Source: Oligoflexia bacterium (GTDB lineage: Bacteria > Bdellovibrionota_C > UBA2361 > SZUA-149 > DAOLCO01). Taken from it: DNA of 64,000 nt. Every line of letters begins with the position of its first letter. The first letter of the stretch is position 1. The stretch lies in NCBI GenBank assembly GCA_035327825.1, contig DAOLCO010000006.1:59308-123307 (forward strand), given 5' to 3'. Below are positions 50,101 through 59,980 of the stretch, piece by piece. A program made the position numbers and the translations under genes. The notes under the pieces were generated by a model that ran no database searches, had not been told where the DNA came from, and saw only the letters and a program-made list of their open reading frames with translations.

Positions 50101-50648
50101 ACAATACTCAAGCCTCGAGCACCAAGACCGATTAAACGATATACATCCTGCATATCACGAAGACGACAGGGAACTTTATTTATGAAATATTCACTTTCTC
50201 CTGAACGATAAAGGCGTCTGGTGAACTGTATTTCCGCAACATCCAATAGACCTGGAATATCCAGAACTTTTTGATTTATCAAATTAATTCTTTCCGAAGA
50301 TGTCGAATTGTCAACTTCAGCACTTTCAAGCTGATCAATCTCTTCATCAAGATCAATATTTTTGTTAGCTCGCTCAATCCATTTGGAATCAGGTTGAATA
50401 GTCAGAGAGACTTCAGCCATACCGAGCGGTCTTTTTCCATCAGATCCATTAAATATAAGATCCTCAAATGATCCACCGCGAAGCTGTTTTGCCTGTGTCT
50501 CCCCAAGTACCCACCTTAGGGCATCAACAACATTTGATTTTCCACAGCCATTTGGACCAACTATGCCAATCATGTTTTTGTCAAAATTTAGAACAAATCT
50601 TTCAACAAATGACTTAAATCCAAAAATCTCTAACCGAGATACACGCAT
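47112..50648 (-). CDS. smc: chromosome partition protein Smc
   Basis: 1178 aa. N-terminal Walker A (GPNGCGKSNVVDAL), long coiled coils with hinge, C-terminal LSGGEKAL signature and Walker B. Confidence 0.9.
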   Translation of the reverse strand: MRVSRLEIFGFKSFVERFVLNFDKNMIGIVGPNGCGKSNVVDALRWVLGETQAKQLRGGSFEDLIFNGSDGKRPLGMAEVSLTIQPDSKWIERANKNIDLDEEIDQLESAEVDNSTSSERINLINQKVLDIPGLLDVAEIQFTRRLYRSGESEYFINKVPCRLRDMQDVYRLIGLGARGLSIVQQGQIGQFISKKPSERRELLEEAAGISGFRTKMEAAIRRLERTDDNLKRLSDIILEVEKQVRVLRRQAQRARVRQDLKDELHAAEKDLFMLKSARLITEIYSGNLERSTLERKLEEGGGEIQEQDAKISEFEAELHDAEVNIQSLRREKDQCSRSLMELEARLQNTRVKLASLESNRNYLNSRLLADKKRKEDIKIHIDINTTELDRLTKQASVSEEAVRNQKKKLDELLVYHANKIQKFVEESSFSDGLKQEADGSTGSQISSLKIRIEELEESLRDAELLRDAANSDSKTLKNIEKEKSDTEKILTAIDSEIKAIEKQLETFTEHTLQVTGRSFVQSDTGERVLLSVIKVPEEYERALQGALGERAEFLISSQSTELLRDYLKNSENSAQKRRIGVLNKDHFNIAKDNLEQTLLSGELPFGISPLANVIEVEPGFEGVVNKLLNGVFVASDIDVAFSFREQLRNVTGDIKDNFLIVLKSGALITPWGWYSTEGEGVNFSFTRRLSKLKDDREGYVKILEDISQRLNQVEDRLSATREKIDLRNNSRLELHQLQKDLSDLFRRQGEENRRQAEELRSKERNLRNEFQVIEREEALILSNTQQTLAKIISDTDAVRRDIERLKREDELLESSNQECIFELSRIEEEIKTTTFSVTQAAQAASSDSSREDQNKIRMLEGQIEEQENLRLGYLKQIGEIRYGQSELRRVRESLERTLRQISGSVDKAQVELDLMTEDIRKYYPEDDSFSLIDEPTARSLMQEKGGQIDRELERLLDLSGSLRRRLEREGEVDPQSIELCEIEEQRLESMNRQMEDLTSAKATLERTIKQLKELSRIRFLNTFTVVSEKFEQLVPRLFGGGSGHLELINPDDPLQSGINIVVRPPGKKITTMELLSGGEKALVATAVLVSVYLYHPGPICVLDEVDAPLDDANLERFLELIREISDKTQFLLITHNKLSMQAVDRLIGITMQESGVTTAITVNLEDAASEIEKWAVNG

Positions 50649-50856
50649 GAAGAGTTTCCTATTAAATAACTTGGTTTAGTGAGCACTTGATCCTTTTTTT
50701 ACACCTCGATCCAATAAAATACAAGATCAGGGTGCAATTTAAGATTCAGCACATGTAACTTTAACCAGTTTATACTAACTTATGTATTTTAATAGTCTGA
50801 TTGGATTCATATATATGCCTGTAGTGGTTTATTTTGTTACCTGATAAAACTACTTA

Positions 50857-53580
50857 ATGAACCGAGAGATTCTTTCATCAATTACAACTTCTATCACTGA
50901 GCAAGACTACCTATCTGTTCAGAAACCAGCCCAATATCTTGGTGGAGAAAAAAATTCCGTTATTAAAGATCCTTCAAACGTGAAACTCCGAATGGCACTG
51001 GCATTTCCCGACACATACGAAGTTGGAATGAGTCATCTAGGTATCCAAATCTTATATGACCTGATTAACCGTGACAAACGCTCATGGGCCGAGCGCGTTT
51101 ATATGCCATTACCAGACATGGAAAAGGTCCTTATAGAAAAAAATATTCCACTTTCTACCCTTGAAAGCAGTTCACCACTTAAGGCTTATGACATTGTCGG
51201 ATTCAGTTTGCAGTATGAATTGTGCGCTACAAACATACTTGGGATGTTGTCACTGGCCGGAATCCCCCTGTTTTCAAGTGATAGATTGAATAGCGATCCA
51301 ATTATAATTGGAGGTGGACCATATGCATATCACCCAGAACCAATCGCCCCGTTTTTTGATGCTTTCTTCCTCGGTGACGCAGAAGAGTTTATTCCTGAGT
51401 TAATAGAATTGTACTCGGAAGTCGATATACAAAAGGCAAAATCTGCTAATGCAAATTCCCTAAACAGGCAGTATTTAATTGAAAGACTTTCCTTTATAAA
51501 GGGAATTTATATACCTTCCATGTTTTGCCCTGAGTACAATTCAGATGGATGCCTGATTGATATCAAACCCGTTAATCCATCAATAAAACGAATTGAAAGA
51601 CGACTCCTTCCAACACTTGAAGGAGCACCCTACCCCTCAAAGCCAGTCGTACCAAACGTTAATATAATTCATAACCGTCTGGCAGTAGAAGTAATGCGTG
51701 GTTGTGTCAGAGGTTGCCGCTTCTGTCAGGCCGGATACCTTTATCGTCCCCAACGAGAACGTTCCCCCGAGGAGATACTTGGTATGATTCAAGATGTACT
51801 TCCCCAAACGGGGTTTGAGGAAGTTTCGCTTCTTTCTCTTAGCACAGCAGACTATTGTTCGATAATTCCACTTCTTAAAGCACTAACTGAGCGTTATGGT
51901 CAGGGAGAAACGCTGGGCATCTCTTTTCCATCAACAAGAGTTGATGCTTTAACTCCAGAGGTACTTGAAGAAGTCCAGAAAGCAAGAAGAACCAGTTTTA
52001 CAATTGCTCCAGAAGGGGGATCTCAAAGACTCCGTGATGTTATAAACAAGGGAGTAAGTGATGAGCAGATTATTAATACATGTTCAAATGTGTTTAAAAT
52101 GGGCTGGTCATCAGTAAAGCTTTATTTCATGATTGGTCTTCCTACTGAAACAGATGAAGACCTGCAGGGAATAATTGACCTTGCAAAACGAATAAAGATA
52201 CTTCCTGAAGCTTCTGGCAAGGAAATTACAGTTAGTGTTAGCACACATGTCCCAAAAGCTCATACTCCATTTCAGTGGACAATGCAGATACCTCCCGAAG
52301 AAACCCTAAGAAAACAACGCCTGCTTTCTGCCGGCCTTAAGCGTCATAGAGTTAATTTCCGATATCATGATTACTTCTCAACATTCCTTGAGGGCGTATT
52401 CTGCCGTGGAGGTAGAGAACTTGCTCCTGTAATTTTTAGGGCATGGCAACTTGGGGCTCGACTTGATGCCTGGCAGGATCACCTCTCAGAAGAAATATGG
52501 ATTAAAGCTTTTAGTGATTGTGGAATTGATCCTTATGATTATCTTAAAGAACGAGCCGAGGATTCTGTTTTACCATGGGATCATCTCGATTGCGGAATTT
52601 CAAAAAGCTGGTTTCTTAGAGAATACAAACGCTCGCTACGGATTAAAACTACACCAGACTGTTTGACTACATCATGTTCAATTTGCGGAGCATGTGACTA
52701 TGATGTAAAAAAGAATGTGCTCTGGCCAAGGGAGGAGACAGAGCGATTACTTGGTTGTCGATTCTCAATAAATAACTCTGATAAAATTAATTCACTTCCT
52801 GAGAATTTAAATTTTGAAGATACCAAGGCAGCTTCCCGAATAAGAATCAAATATAAGAAATCGGGCAACTTTCGTATGCTGGGTCATCTTGAATTATCTA
52901 CACTATTTCAACGGACATTTAGACGCGCAGAGATTCCCGTTTGTTACAGCAGAGGTTATCATCCATTACCAAGGATTGTCTTTGGTCCCCCTTTGCCATT
53001 TGGACTTGGGAGCGAAGCTGAATATCTTGACATTTTCTTGTCCAGAAAGATCATTAATTTAGCTGAATTACTTGAGAAAATTGCCTCTGAACTTCCAGCA
53101 GGCCTGGAACCAGTCGAAATAAATGAAATAAATACTAATGAAATCTCATTATCAGAACAGATAATTGGCAGTACCTATCAAGTTGAATTTCTTGATGCTC
53201 CACGCGGTCTTCTTCAAAGGGGATTACTACAGAATGGCAATTTTCACCTTCTTGAAGATTTGAGCAATATAATCATTGAGCGAATCCAGAAAGCAAAAAA
53301 AGGAAGGAAATCATCAACTACTAGAAAATTCATTTTATCAGAATATATAACTGAAATTAAATACTCTGGAACATTTTTGACCTTCTCACTCCTAGCTCCT
53401 CCTCAATTTGCAAGCCCTTCACCTGTAGAAATAGTTCGAGCCTTATCAGAGTTAGATCAAGGCTCAGTAAATATTATTAAAATTTCCTCAATTTTTGGTA
53501 ATAACATGAAGGACAACACTAGCTGCAAATCCGAAAACAAAAAAACTGACCTTAAAATGCAAAACAGTGTTTTCTCTTAA
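50857..53580 (+). CDS. B12-binding-domain radical SAM protein (TIGR03960-like) fused to a DUF2344/TIGR03936-like C-terminal domain
   Basis: 907 aa. N-terminal module with radical-SAM Cys cluster (CVRGCRFCQAGYLYRP). C-terminal ~300 aa domain. Divergent from smc. Confidence 0.7.
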   Translation: MNREILSSITTSITEQDYLSVQKPAQYLGGEKNSVIKDPSNVKLRMALAFPDTYEVGMSHLGIQILYDLINRDKRSWAERVYMPLPDMEKVLIEKNIPLSTLESSSPLKAYDIVGFSLQYELCATNILGMLSLAGIPLFSSDRLNSDPIIIGGGPYAYHPEPIAPFFDAFFLGDAEEFIPELIELYSEVDIQKAKSANANSLNRQYLIERLSFIKGIYIPSMFCPEYNSDGCLIDIKPVNPSIKRIERRLLPTLEGAPYPSKPVVPNVNIIHNRLAVEVMRGCVRGCRFCQAGYLYRPQRERSPEEILGMIQDVLPQTGFEEVSLLSLSTADYCSIIPLLKALTERYGQGETLGISFPSTRVDALTPEVLEEVQKARRTSFTIAPEGGSQRLRDVINKGVSDEQIINTCSNVFKMGWSSVKLYFMIGLPTETDEDLQGIIDLAKRIKILPEASGKEITVSVSTHVPKAHTPFQWTMQIPPEETLRKQRLLSAGLKRHRVNFRYHDYFSTFLEGVFCRGGRELAPVIFRAWQLGARLDAWQDHLSEEIWIKAFSDCGIDPYDYLKERAEDSVLPWDHLDCGISKSWFLREYKRSLRIKTTPDCLTTSCSICGACDYDVKKNVLWPREETERLLGCRFSINNSDKINSLPENLNFEDTKAASRIRIKYKKSGNFRMLGHLELSTLFQRTFRRAEIPVCYSRGYHPLPRIVFGPPLPFGLGSEAEYLDIFLSRKIINLAELLEKIASELPAGLEPVEINEINTNEISLSEQIIGSTYQVEFLDAPRGLLQRGLLQNGNFHLLEDLSNIIIERIQKAKKGRKSSTTRKFILSEYITEIKYSGTFLTFSLLAPPQFASPSPVEIVRALSELDQGSVNIIKISSIFGNNMKDNTSCKSENKKTDLKMQNSVFS

Positions 53581-53700
53581 AATTCAACAAGTTACCTCAC
53601 AAATGTGATCCGTCCTGATTTTAGCTAATTATTAACTGATACATGGCCGATAAGGTAATCTGGCCATTCTAATGAACTGAAATTAATTCATCCTCAAAAT

Positions 53701-54366
53701 ATGATTTCCGAGCCTGACAATTATAATATTCTAGTAGTAGACCCGCAGGATGCAACCAGAGATTCAATACTGTCTTCATTTACTAATGATGACGTTCCTG
53801 CCTTGATTGCCGAAGCAAAATCTCTTCAAAAAGCTGTAAGCTATATCGAGGAAAGTAATCTTCATTACCTTTTTCTTGGACCAAATCTTCAAAGAATTGA
53901 TGTTAAGGAGTTTTTATCTCTTAATGATTCCGGAGCAAAAGTACCAACAATTGTACTTTTGCCAAAGGAACTTCTTGAAGAAGCAAGTGCGCTAATAAGT
54001 GAAGGAGCTAATGCGGCTATTCCTTTTCCTATTGCAAGTGGTGAAATACTACGAACAATTAAATCGGCTGCTAAAGACATTGGTTTTAAGCTTGAAAGTT
54101 CAAAGGATATACCTGTTCAATCACCCAATTCTTCATCGGTAAGCAATGCTAAAGCTCATGAATTGGCAGATGTACTTGAGAAACTCGCCAGACGCTTAAC
54201 GGCCGTAGCATCTAATCTAAAAGATCTTCATTCAGAAACTGTCATCAACAGAAAGAATATACCAGATGCAGTTAATGAGGTTATTACTAAATCCTCCTTA
54301 TTAAGAAAGGGCAAAGAGCAAGAAGACATCAAAATACTTGTTAAAAATATAACAAGCAAAACATAA
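53701..54366 (+). CDS. hypothetical protein with receiver-like (possibly pseudo-receiver) N-terminal half
   Basis: 221 aa. The beta-alpha pattern NILVVDPQD...YLFLGPNL...PTIVLLP resembles a CheY fold, but Gly/Asn occupy the expected phospho-Asp position. Confidence 0.35.
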   Translation: MISEPDNYNILVVDPQDATRDSILSSFTNDDVPALIAEAKSLQKAVSYIEESNLHYLFLGPNLQRIDVKEFLSLNDSGAKVPTIVLLPKELLEEASALISEGANAAIPFPIASGEILRTIKSAAKDIGFKLESSKDIPVQSPNSSSVSNAKAHELADVLEKLARRLTAVASNLKDLHSETVINRKNIPDAVNEVITKSSLLRKGKEQEDIKILVKNITSKT

Positions 54367-54504
54367 ACTGATTCTGACTTTCCTGGTTATTACTTTCAAT
54401 AAAATCTGTTACTGCTTTTCAATATTTGAATATTTAGCTATAAATTGACGATACCATAAATTCAATCGTCGAAGTTTCTATATAATTTATTCAGGACATC
54501 AATA

Positions 54505-56034
54505 ATGCATAATAACAATGTTACAGACGGAAGTGATATAAAAATTGCGGTCGCAAAAGGTGACGGTATAGGTCCTGAGATTATGGATGCAGTTCTTCAA
54601 ATATTTTCTGCAGCTAAAGTACCACTCAACTACCTGTTTATTGAAATGGGCAAGTGGGTTTTCGATAAGGGGTTTCCAACTGGAATGACCCCTGAATCTA
54701 AAGAAATTATAGAACAAACAGGAGTACTGTTTAAGGGACCCATGGAAACCCCTAAAGGGGAGGGTGTAAAAAGTATAAATGTTACTGCCAGGAAAACATG
54801 GAACACATATGCAAATAAGAGAAGCTTTAAAAGCTTGCGTGGTGTAGAAACTGTTTATAGCAAGGCTGGACTTCCTATTGACTTAATAGTAGTTCGCGAA
54901 AATATCGAAGATACATACGGGGGTATTGAGCACCAGTTAACAAGTGATGTTGCACTTGTAAGAAGGTTTATTACAAAACCAGGAAGTCTTCAATTGGCTC
55001 GATATGCTTTTGAAATGGCAAAAACGGAAGGCAGAAAACGCGTTACATGTGGCCATAAAGCAAATATAATGAAAATCACTGACGGACTCTTTCTTTCCTG
55101 CTTTTATGAGGTTGCAAAAAATTATCCTGATATTCATGCCGATGATATCATAGTTGATGATCTATGCATGAAACTGGTTGTTAAACCAAATACTTTTGAC
55201 ATAATTATGTTACCCAATTTACAGGGAGACATTGTAAGTGACCTCTGCGCAGGACTTGTCGGAGGTCTAGGATTTGCACCTAGCGCAAACATAGGCGATC
55301 ATATATGTATTTTTGAGGCAGTACACGGCACAGCACCAGATATTGCTGGAAAAAATCTGGCAAACCCAACTGCCCTACTTTTAAGCGGAATAGGAATGCT
55401 GAATCATTTAAGTATGAAAAATTCCATTTTTAAGGAAAAGGCAAGGATCATTGAAGATGCCTTGCTATTGACCCTTGAGCAGGGCAAACACACAGGCGAC
55501 TTTGGCTCAACTGAAACTCCTTCAATATCGACCAAAGATTTTGCAAAAGCTATAACAGATAATCTTGTTATGTCTGATAACCATTTATCAAATAACGCAT
55601 CATTTTTGCCTAAGGAATCAACTCAATTCTCAAATCGAAACAAGCTTACTACTAATCCTTTTATTACAGGGCCAATAATTGAAACTGGATCAATAGTTGG
55701 AGCAGATATATTTATAGAATCACTTCAACAGCCATCGGAAATTGCAAATAAACTTAAATATATTAATGATAAGTTTTTTTCATTTTCAAAAAAAATGGCG
55801 CTCATCATGATAAGTAATCGGGGTACTCAAGTTTGGCCAACTGGCTCTGTTTATACTAATCTGGTTAATCACTTTCGCCTGAGATTTGAGTCAAAATCTC
55901 CAGATCACTTAACACAATCGGACATAATTGAACTTTACCGTGAGGTTTCGGAACATTACAGGGTAAGCTCGGTTGAAATTCTTCAGACATGGAATGGTAA
56001 AAAGGGCTATAGTCTTGCCCAGGGACAAGAATAA
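54505..56034 (+). CDS. icd: isocitrate dehydrogenase (isocitrate/isopropylmalate dehydrogenase family, NAD-type) with ~170-aa C-terminal extension
   Basis: 509 aa. [17 protein letters not shown]-terminus. [19 protein letters not shown] metal/substrate motif. The extension has no recognisable motif. Confidence 0.8.
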   Translation: MHNNNVTDGSDIKIAVAKGDGIGPEIMDAVLQIFSAAKVPLNYLFIEMGKWVFDKGFPTGMTPESKEIIEQTGVLFKGPMETPKGEGVKSINVTARKTWNTYANKRSFKSLRGVETVYSKAGLPIDLIVVRENIEDTYGGIEHQLTSDVALVRRFITKPGSLQLARYAFEMAKTEGRKRVTCGHKANIMKITDGLFLSCFYEVAKNYPDIHADDIIVDDLCMKLVVKPNTFDIIMLPNLQGDIVSDLCAGLVGGLGFAPSANIGDHICIFEAVHGTAPDIAGKNLANPTALLLSGIGMLNHLSMKNSIFKEKARIIEDALLLTLEQGKHTGDFGSTETPSISTKDFAKAITDNLVMSDNHLSNNASFLPKESTQFSNRNKLTTNPFITGPIIETGSIVGADIFIESLQQPSEIANKLKYINDKFFSFSKKMALIMISNRGTQVWPTGSVYTNLVNHFRLRFESKSPDHLTQSDIIELYREVSEHYRVSSVEILQTWNGKKGYSLAQGQE

Positions 56035-56154
56035 ATGAGACAATTATAAGTGTGACAAGGGTATAAATGTCTATTATCCATATTTTATTAATTTTTACTA
56101 TGCAGCAGCATAAAAATCTCTTATCTTTAATAATTTATAACAAGATCAATTCTA

Positions 56155-57408
56155 ATGAAACCTGACACAGAAAACAAACCTGACAGAAGAACAGCTCTTA
56201 CTATTCTTCAGTCACTTGAGTTTCAATGTACAGGATCAGAATGTGAAGACATATGTTGTAAAAAATGGGAAATTGGAGTTGATGAATTTACATTTAAGGA
56301 ATGGCAAGATTCCAGTATGTGGAATTCAATTAAGTTAAATCTTAAAATTATTCCAGACAGTCAAATAAAGCCCGAATGTGCAGCATATCTCAAATTAAAC
56401 CCGAATAATCAACTATGTAATTTTCTTGACGAAGATAAGCTATGCATTATTCATAAAACTCTTGGTGGCAAAGCGCTAGGACACACATGTCGCACTTATC
56501 CTCGTGAGGACTCATCTATAGGTAATGTACCCGAGAGAAGCTTTACGCTCTCTTGTCCTGAAGCAGCCAGGCTTATATTAACTCCAAAGGAAGGTTTGCA
56601 TCTAGAAATTTCAGATAATATTGAATCTATTGGACCTTTCTACAAAAATCTAATCGATCAGACGTTTCCTTCATATCTTGTTACAGTTGAAAACTACATG
56701 AGACTCAGAGTTACTGCTTTAAAAATTATCCGGCATCGTGAACACAGACTTGAAAACAGATTGATACTTTTGGGGCTTTTTGCTGATTATCTTCAGAGAA
56801 TTTTTGATAATTCAGATAATTCTGATCCAGATGCCATTGATTCACTGACTTCCCAGTTTGAATCCCTTCTATCAAAGGACAGATTTGATGAACTTAAAGG
56901 ATTGGTAGGCAAGATCCCCGTTGTTATTGATACGAAAATTGATTTTCTTTCATGTTTACTGAACCTTCTTGGTCCACACGCAATGGCTCAAGAGAGGTTT
57001 TATAATTATTTCAAGTCATTCTCCCTAGTCCTTAATAATTATGAAAAGGATGATTTCGAAAGTACTTATAATAAAAAAAGAGAGATCTACATTAAACACT
57101 TTCAAAATGAATATATGCTCGAAAATTATCTCTTCAACTCAGTGTTTGCTAGTGCATTTCCGGTTATTTCAGACAAACCACTGGAACAATTTCTGCGAAT
57201 AGCATTAAAATTTTGTATAATTAGGGAGCTTCTAATAACAATGTGCGATGAAAACAAACTCCCATCAAGCAAAGAAATTATTCAACTGATTCAAAGTTTT
57301 ACACGAATGTATGAACATTCAAAAGTACTTCAGGATGCTTGTATAGGCTTTATGAAAGAGATAAATTTTATTTCTCTTCCCCATGCTTGCATATTAATTC
57401 GAGACTAG
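56155..57408 (+). CDS. FliB-like flagellin lysine-N-methylase family protein (CxxCxxCC / YkgJ superfamily)
   Basis: 417 aa. N-terminal CTGSECEDICCKKW (C-x4-C-x3-CC). Second Cys cluster C.FL......C.IH......GHTCRTYPRE typical of the family. Length matches the long FliB form. Confidence 0.55.
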   Translation: MKPDTENKPDRRTALTILQSLEFQCTGSECEDICCKKWEIGVDEFTFKEWQDSSMWNSIKLNLKIIPDSQIKPECAAYLKLNPNNQLCNFLDEDKLCIIHKTLGGKALGHTCRTYPREDSSIGNVPERSFTLSCPEAARLILTPKEGLHLEISDNIESIGPFYKNLIDQTFPSYLVTVENYMRLRVTALKIIRHREHRLENRLILLGLFADYLQRIFDNSDNSDPDAIDSLTSQFESLLSKDRFDELKGLVGKIPVVIDTKIDFLSCLLNLLGPHAMAQERFYNYFKSFSLVLNNYEKDDFESTYNKKREIYIKHFQNEYMLENYLFNSVFASAFPVISDKPLEQFLRIALKFCIIRELLITMCDENKLPSSKEIIQLIQSFTRMYEHSKVLQDACIGFMKEINFISLPHACILIRD

Positions 57409-57409
57409 T

Positions 57410-59077
57410 ATGCAAATAGACAAACCTCTTAAACTTTATATAGCAAGCTGGGCTGAGGGAATTGGAGGCGGGGCGGCGCGAATGGAATCTTACTATATGA
57501 GGTTTTTTGACAGAAGCACAATTATACCAGTGCACGTTTCATTAAAAAGTCGAAACCCTGAATCGCCGTGTTACGCTGGATTAGAAGATTCAATTTATGC
57601 CCCAAAAACAGAAAAATTTAATTTTCTTGTTGATCTGTTCAGTGATGCAGATATTGTTCAATTTCAAGGTTCTTTTGATCCATTAGTATGCGAAGCGGCA
57701 AAAGCTGCAAGAGTTCCACTTCTTATTGAAGTATTACATAACATCGAACAGGGTGGACTTTTCCCGGAAATTAACGCCTCAATATGTGTTTCAAAAGCTG
57801 TCCAAAGTGCACAGGCCGAATCAAGAATTCAGGAGGGATTATGTCCTATTATAAGAAATGGCATTGCACTTGAGGACTTTCCTTTTCGCAATTTAACACA
57901 AGAAGAACAAATCAATAGTAAATCACCATTAAAAATCCTTCAGGTAGGTGCACGTGAAAAAATTAAAATTCATCTGGATGAAATATCTCCTATAATTTTT
58001 GAAAAATATCCATATGCAGAGTGTATTATCGCCGGTCGTGGGCAGATTCTAAACTCAAATGAACGTATATCATATATGGGCGTGACAAATGAAATAGCAA
58101 GCTTATATCGTGATGCAGACCTCATGATTCTTTTATCTGGTGCTGAACCATTTGGCCTAGCCTGCATTGAGGCGATGGCATCGGGAGCAATACCAATAGT
58201 TTCAAACGAAGGTGCTTTTCCTGAAATTATAGAGCATGGAGTCACGGGGTTTTTGCTTAATATAGAACAGGTTTATCAAAATCCCGAAATTCTACTTAAT
58301 ACCATTGATTGCTTCACTAATAGTCGTATTAATGACATGCGAATCATGGCAAGAAAATCAGTTGAACTGAAATTTTCTGCCAGGGATTGTATCAGACAAT
58401 ATCAGGATTATTACCTGCATCTTTACGAAGACGTCTCTAAAAAGAGTCTTGTTAAACGAAGTCGCTTGATATCCAAAAGAACCAAAACACCCCCGAACGC
58501 CCTCGTAGGAGAAGCCCTATATTCCTTCCAGGAAAACGATATTGAATCGATGATGTCCATTCTCCAGAATATTGTAAATTACAAAGATCCGATAACAAAC
58601 TCAACATGTGTGGAAGTTATCGCAGATCTGGCATTATTTCTTTTCTCTATTGACAAAATTACTCTGGGACATGATCTTTTCCTTCATCTTTTTAATGGAG
58701 AGACCGAACGCGAATATGTCATAGAAAGATGGCTTCAATCGGCTGCCCTTGATATAGCTTCTAGTAATTCAAGAGAAATGGTTACGCTCAGAAACCTTTT
58801 AATAGGTACATATTATTCTGATTCCGAGTTTGTCTTGAGGCTGGCAGAGATATTAATTAGAAACAACCAACCCGAAGATGCAATTAAATTATTGGAATTA
58901 GCTCAAGAGAAATTAAGAAGTTTATCAGAAACCAAATTAAATGAAAAAAATATATCACCAGATACTTTTTATGTTTCAGGTGATAATGTTAATTCAAATG
59001 ATGTTCTACCTGACTATGAAGCCTGGATATCCAGAATAAAATCAGAGCTAGACAAATCAGATATCAGGAAAACATAA
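57410..59077 (+). CDS. family-4 (GT-B, Glycos_transf_1) glycosyltransferase with C-terminal helical TPR-like domain
   Basis: 555 aa. EPFGLACIEAMASGAIPIVS...GAFPEII.HGVTGFL signature. ~230-aa helical C-terminal extension. Start is 2 nt after the stop of the FliB-like gene. Confidence 0.75.
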   Translation: MQIDKPLKLYIASWAEGIGGGAARMESYYMRFFDRSTIIPVHVSLKSRNPESPCYAGLEDSIYAPKTEKFNFLVDLFSDADIVQFQGSFDPLVCEAAKAARVPLLIEVLHNIEQGGLFPEINASICVSKAVQSAQAESRIQEGLCPIIRNGIALEDFPFRNLTQEEQINSKSPLKILQVGAREKIKIHLDEISPIIFEKYPYAECIIAGRGQILNSNERISYMGVTNEIASLYRDADLMILLSGAEPFGLACIEAMASGAIPIVSNEGAFPEIIEHGVTGFLLNIEQVYQNPEILLNTIDCFTNSRINDMRIMARKSVELKFSARDCIRQYQDYYLHLYEDVSKKSLVKRSRLISKRTKTPPNALVGEALYSFQENDIESMMSILQNIVNYKDPITNSTCVEVIADLALFLFSIDKITLGHDLFLHLFNGETEREYVIERWLQSAALDIASSNSREMVTLRNLLIGTYYSDSEFVLRLAEILIRNNQPEDAIKLLELAQEKLRSLSETKLNEKNISPDTFYVSGDNVNSNDVLPDYEAWISRIKSELDKSDIRKT

Positions 59078-59124
59078 ATTTTAATGTAGAAAAGTACTTT
59101 GAAAGCCTGATAAACTTCTAGTGA

Positions 59125-59754
59125 CTATTTTTTACCTAACATTTTGCTAAGTTGACCAAGGTCTGCAAATGAAATAGTTCCATCTCCACTTAAATCAAAT
59201 ACCTCATTACTCTTGTCCTCACTTGTTGATTGGCCTACTCTTGATCTGATCCCCTCATAAGCGAGGCTAATTGCCTGATCGTAGTTCCCTTCGTCCATTT
59301 GTTTAACAAGGTCACTAATATCCTTAAAAGTTATTGCTCCACTTCCATCCATATCTCCGAGACGACTATTATCAGATGTTTGGCCCACCTTGGAACGCAA
59401 TTGACTTATAGCTAGACTACGAACTTTCTTTTGCCATTCTTCAACATTTACCTTTGAAACAGGTTCATCTTTAACTATATTTGATATATCCTCCGATGGT
59501 TTAATTACCGGAATATCGGATTTAGTATTAATTTTTCTTGAATAAGATACTGGTTCCGGATTTACCTGAACATTCTTTATTGATTTGCTACTTAATGAAA
59601 CGATATCTTTTACTGGAAGCAAGTTATCACTTTTGCTTAACTCACTTGACTGATTATTTTCAATCTTTGAAATCCTTAGAGAACTTGAGAAACTCTGTTT
59701 GTTTGAAATGCCATTATTAACTGATCTGAAGTTAATATTGTTTGAAATATTCAT
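59125..59754 (-). CDS. EF-hand calcium-binding domain protein (two canonical EF loops), N-terminal Ser/Asn-rich low-complexity region
   Basis: 209 aa. DMDGSGAITFKD and DLSGDGTISFAD are 12-residue EF-hand loops. No signal peptide. Confidence 0.5.
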   Translation of the reverse strand: MNISNNINFRSVNNGISNKQSFSSSLRISKIENNQSSELSKSDNLLPVKDIVSLSSKSIKNVQVNPEPVSYSRKINTKSDIPVIKPSEDISNIVKDEPVSKVNVEEWQKKVRSLAISQLRSKVGQTSDNSRLGDMDGSGAITFKDISDLVKQMDEGNYDQAISLAYEGIRSRVGQSTSEDKSNEVFDLSGDGTISFADLGQLSKMLGKK

Positions 59755-59980
59755 ATATGCCCTCGTTAATCTTTAACTGCTATTAACTACTGGTTATTAT
59801 TCACTATGGCATTCAGTTATGAGTGCATTAAAAGTGAAAAATACAGCTACCCGAGAAATCATTTCATCAGGCAGTAAAGCATATCGACTGTTTCAGAAAA
59901 AAGTTTAATTTTATATAAAACTATAATTTTATCAAATTGTTAATTCATTTTATTTGATATTTAATGGGTAAAACAAATTA

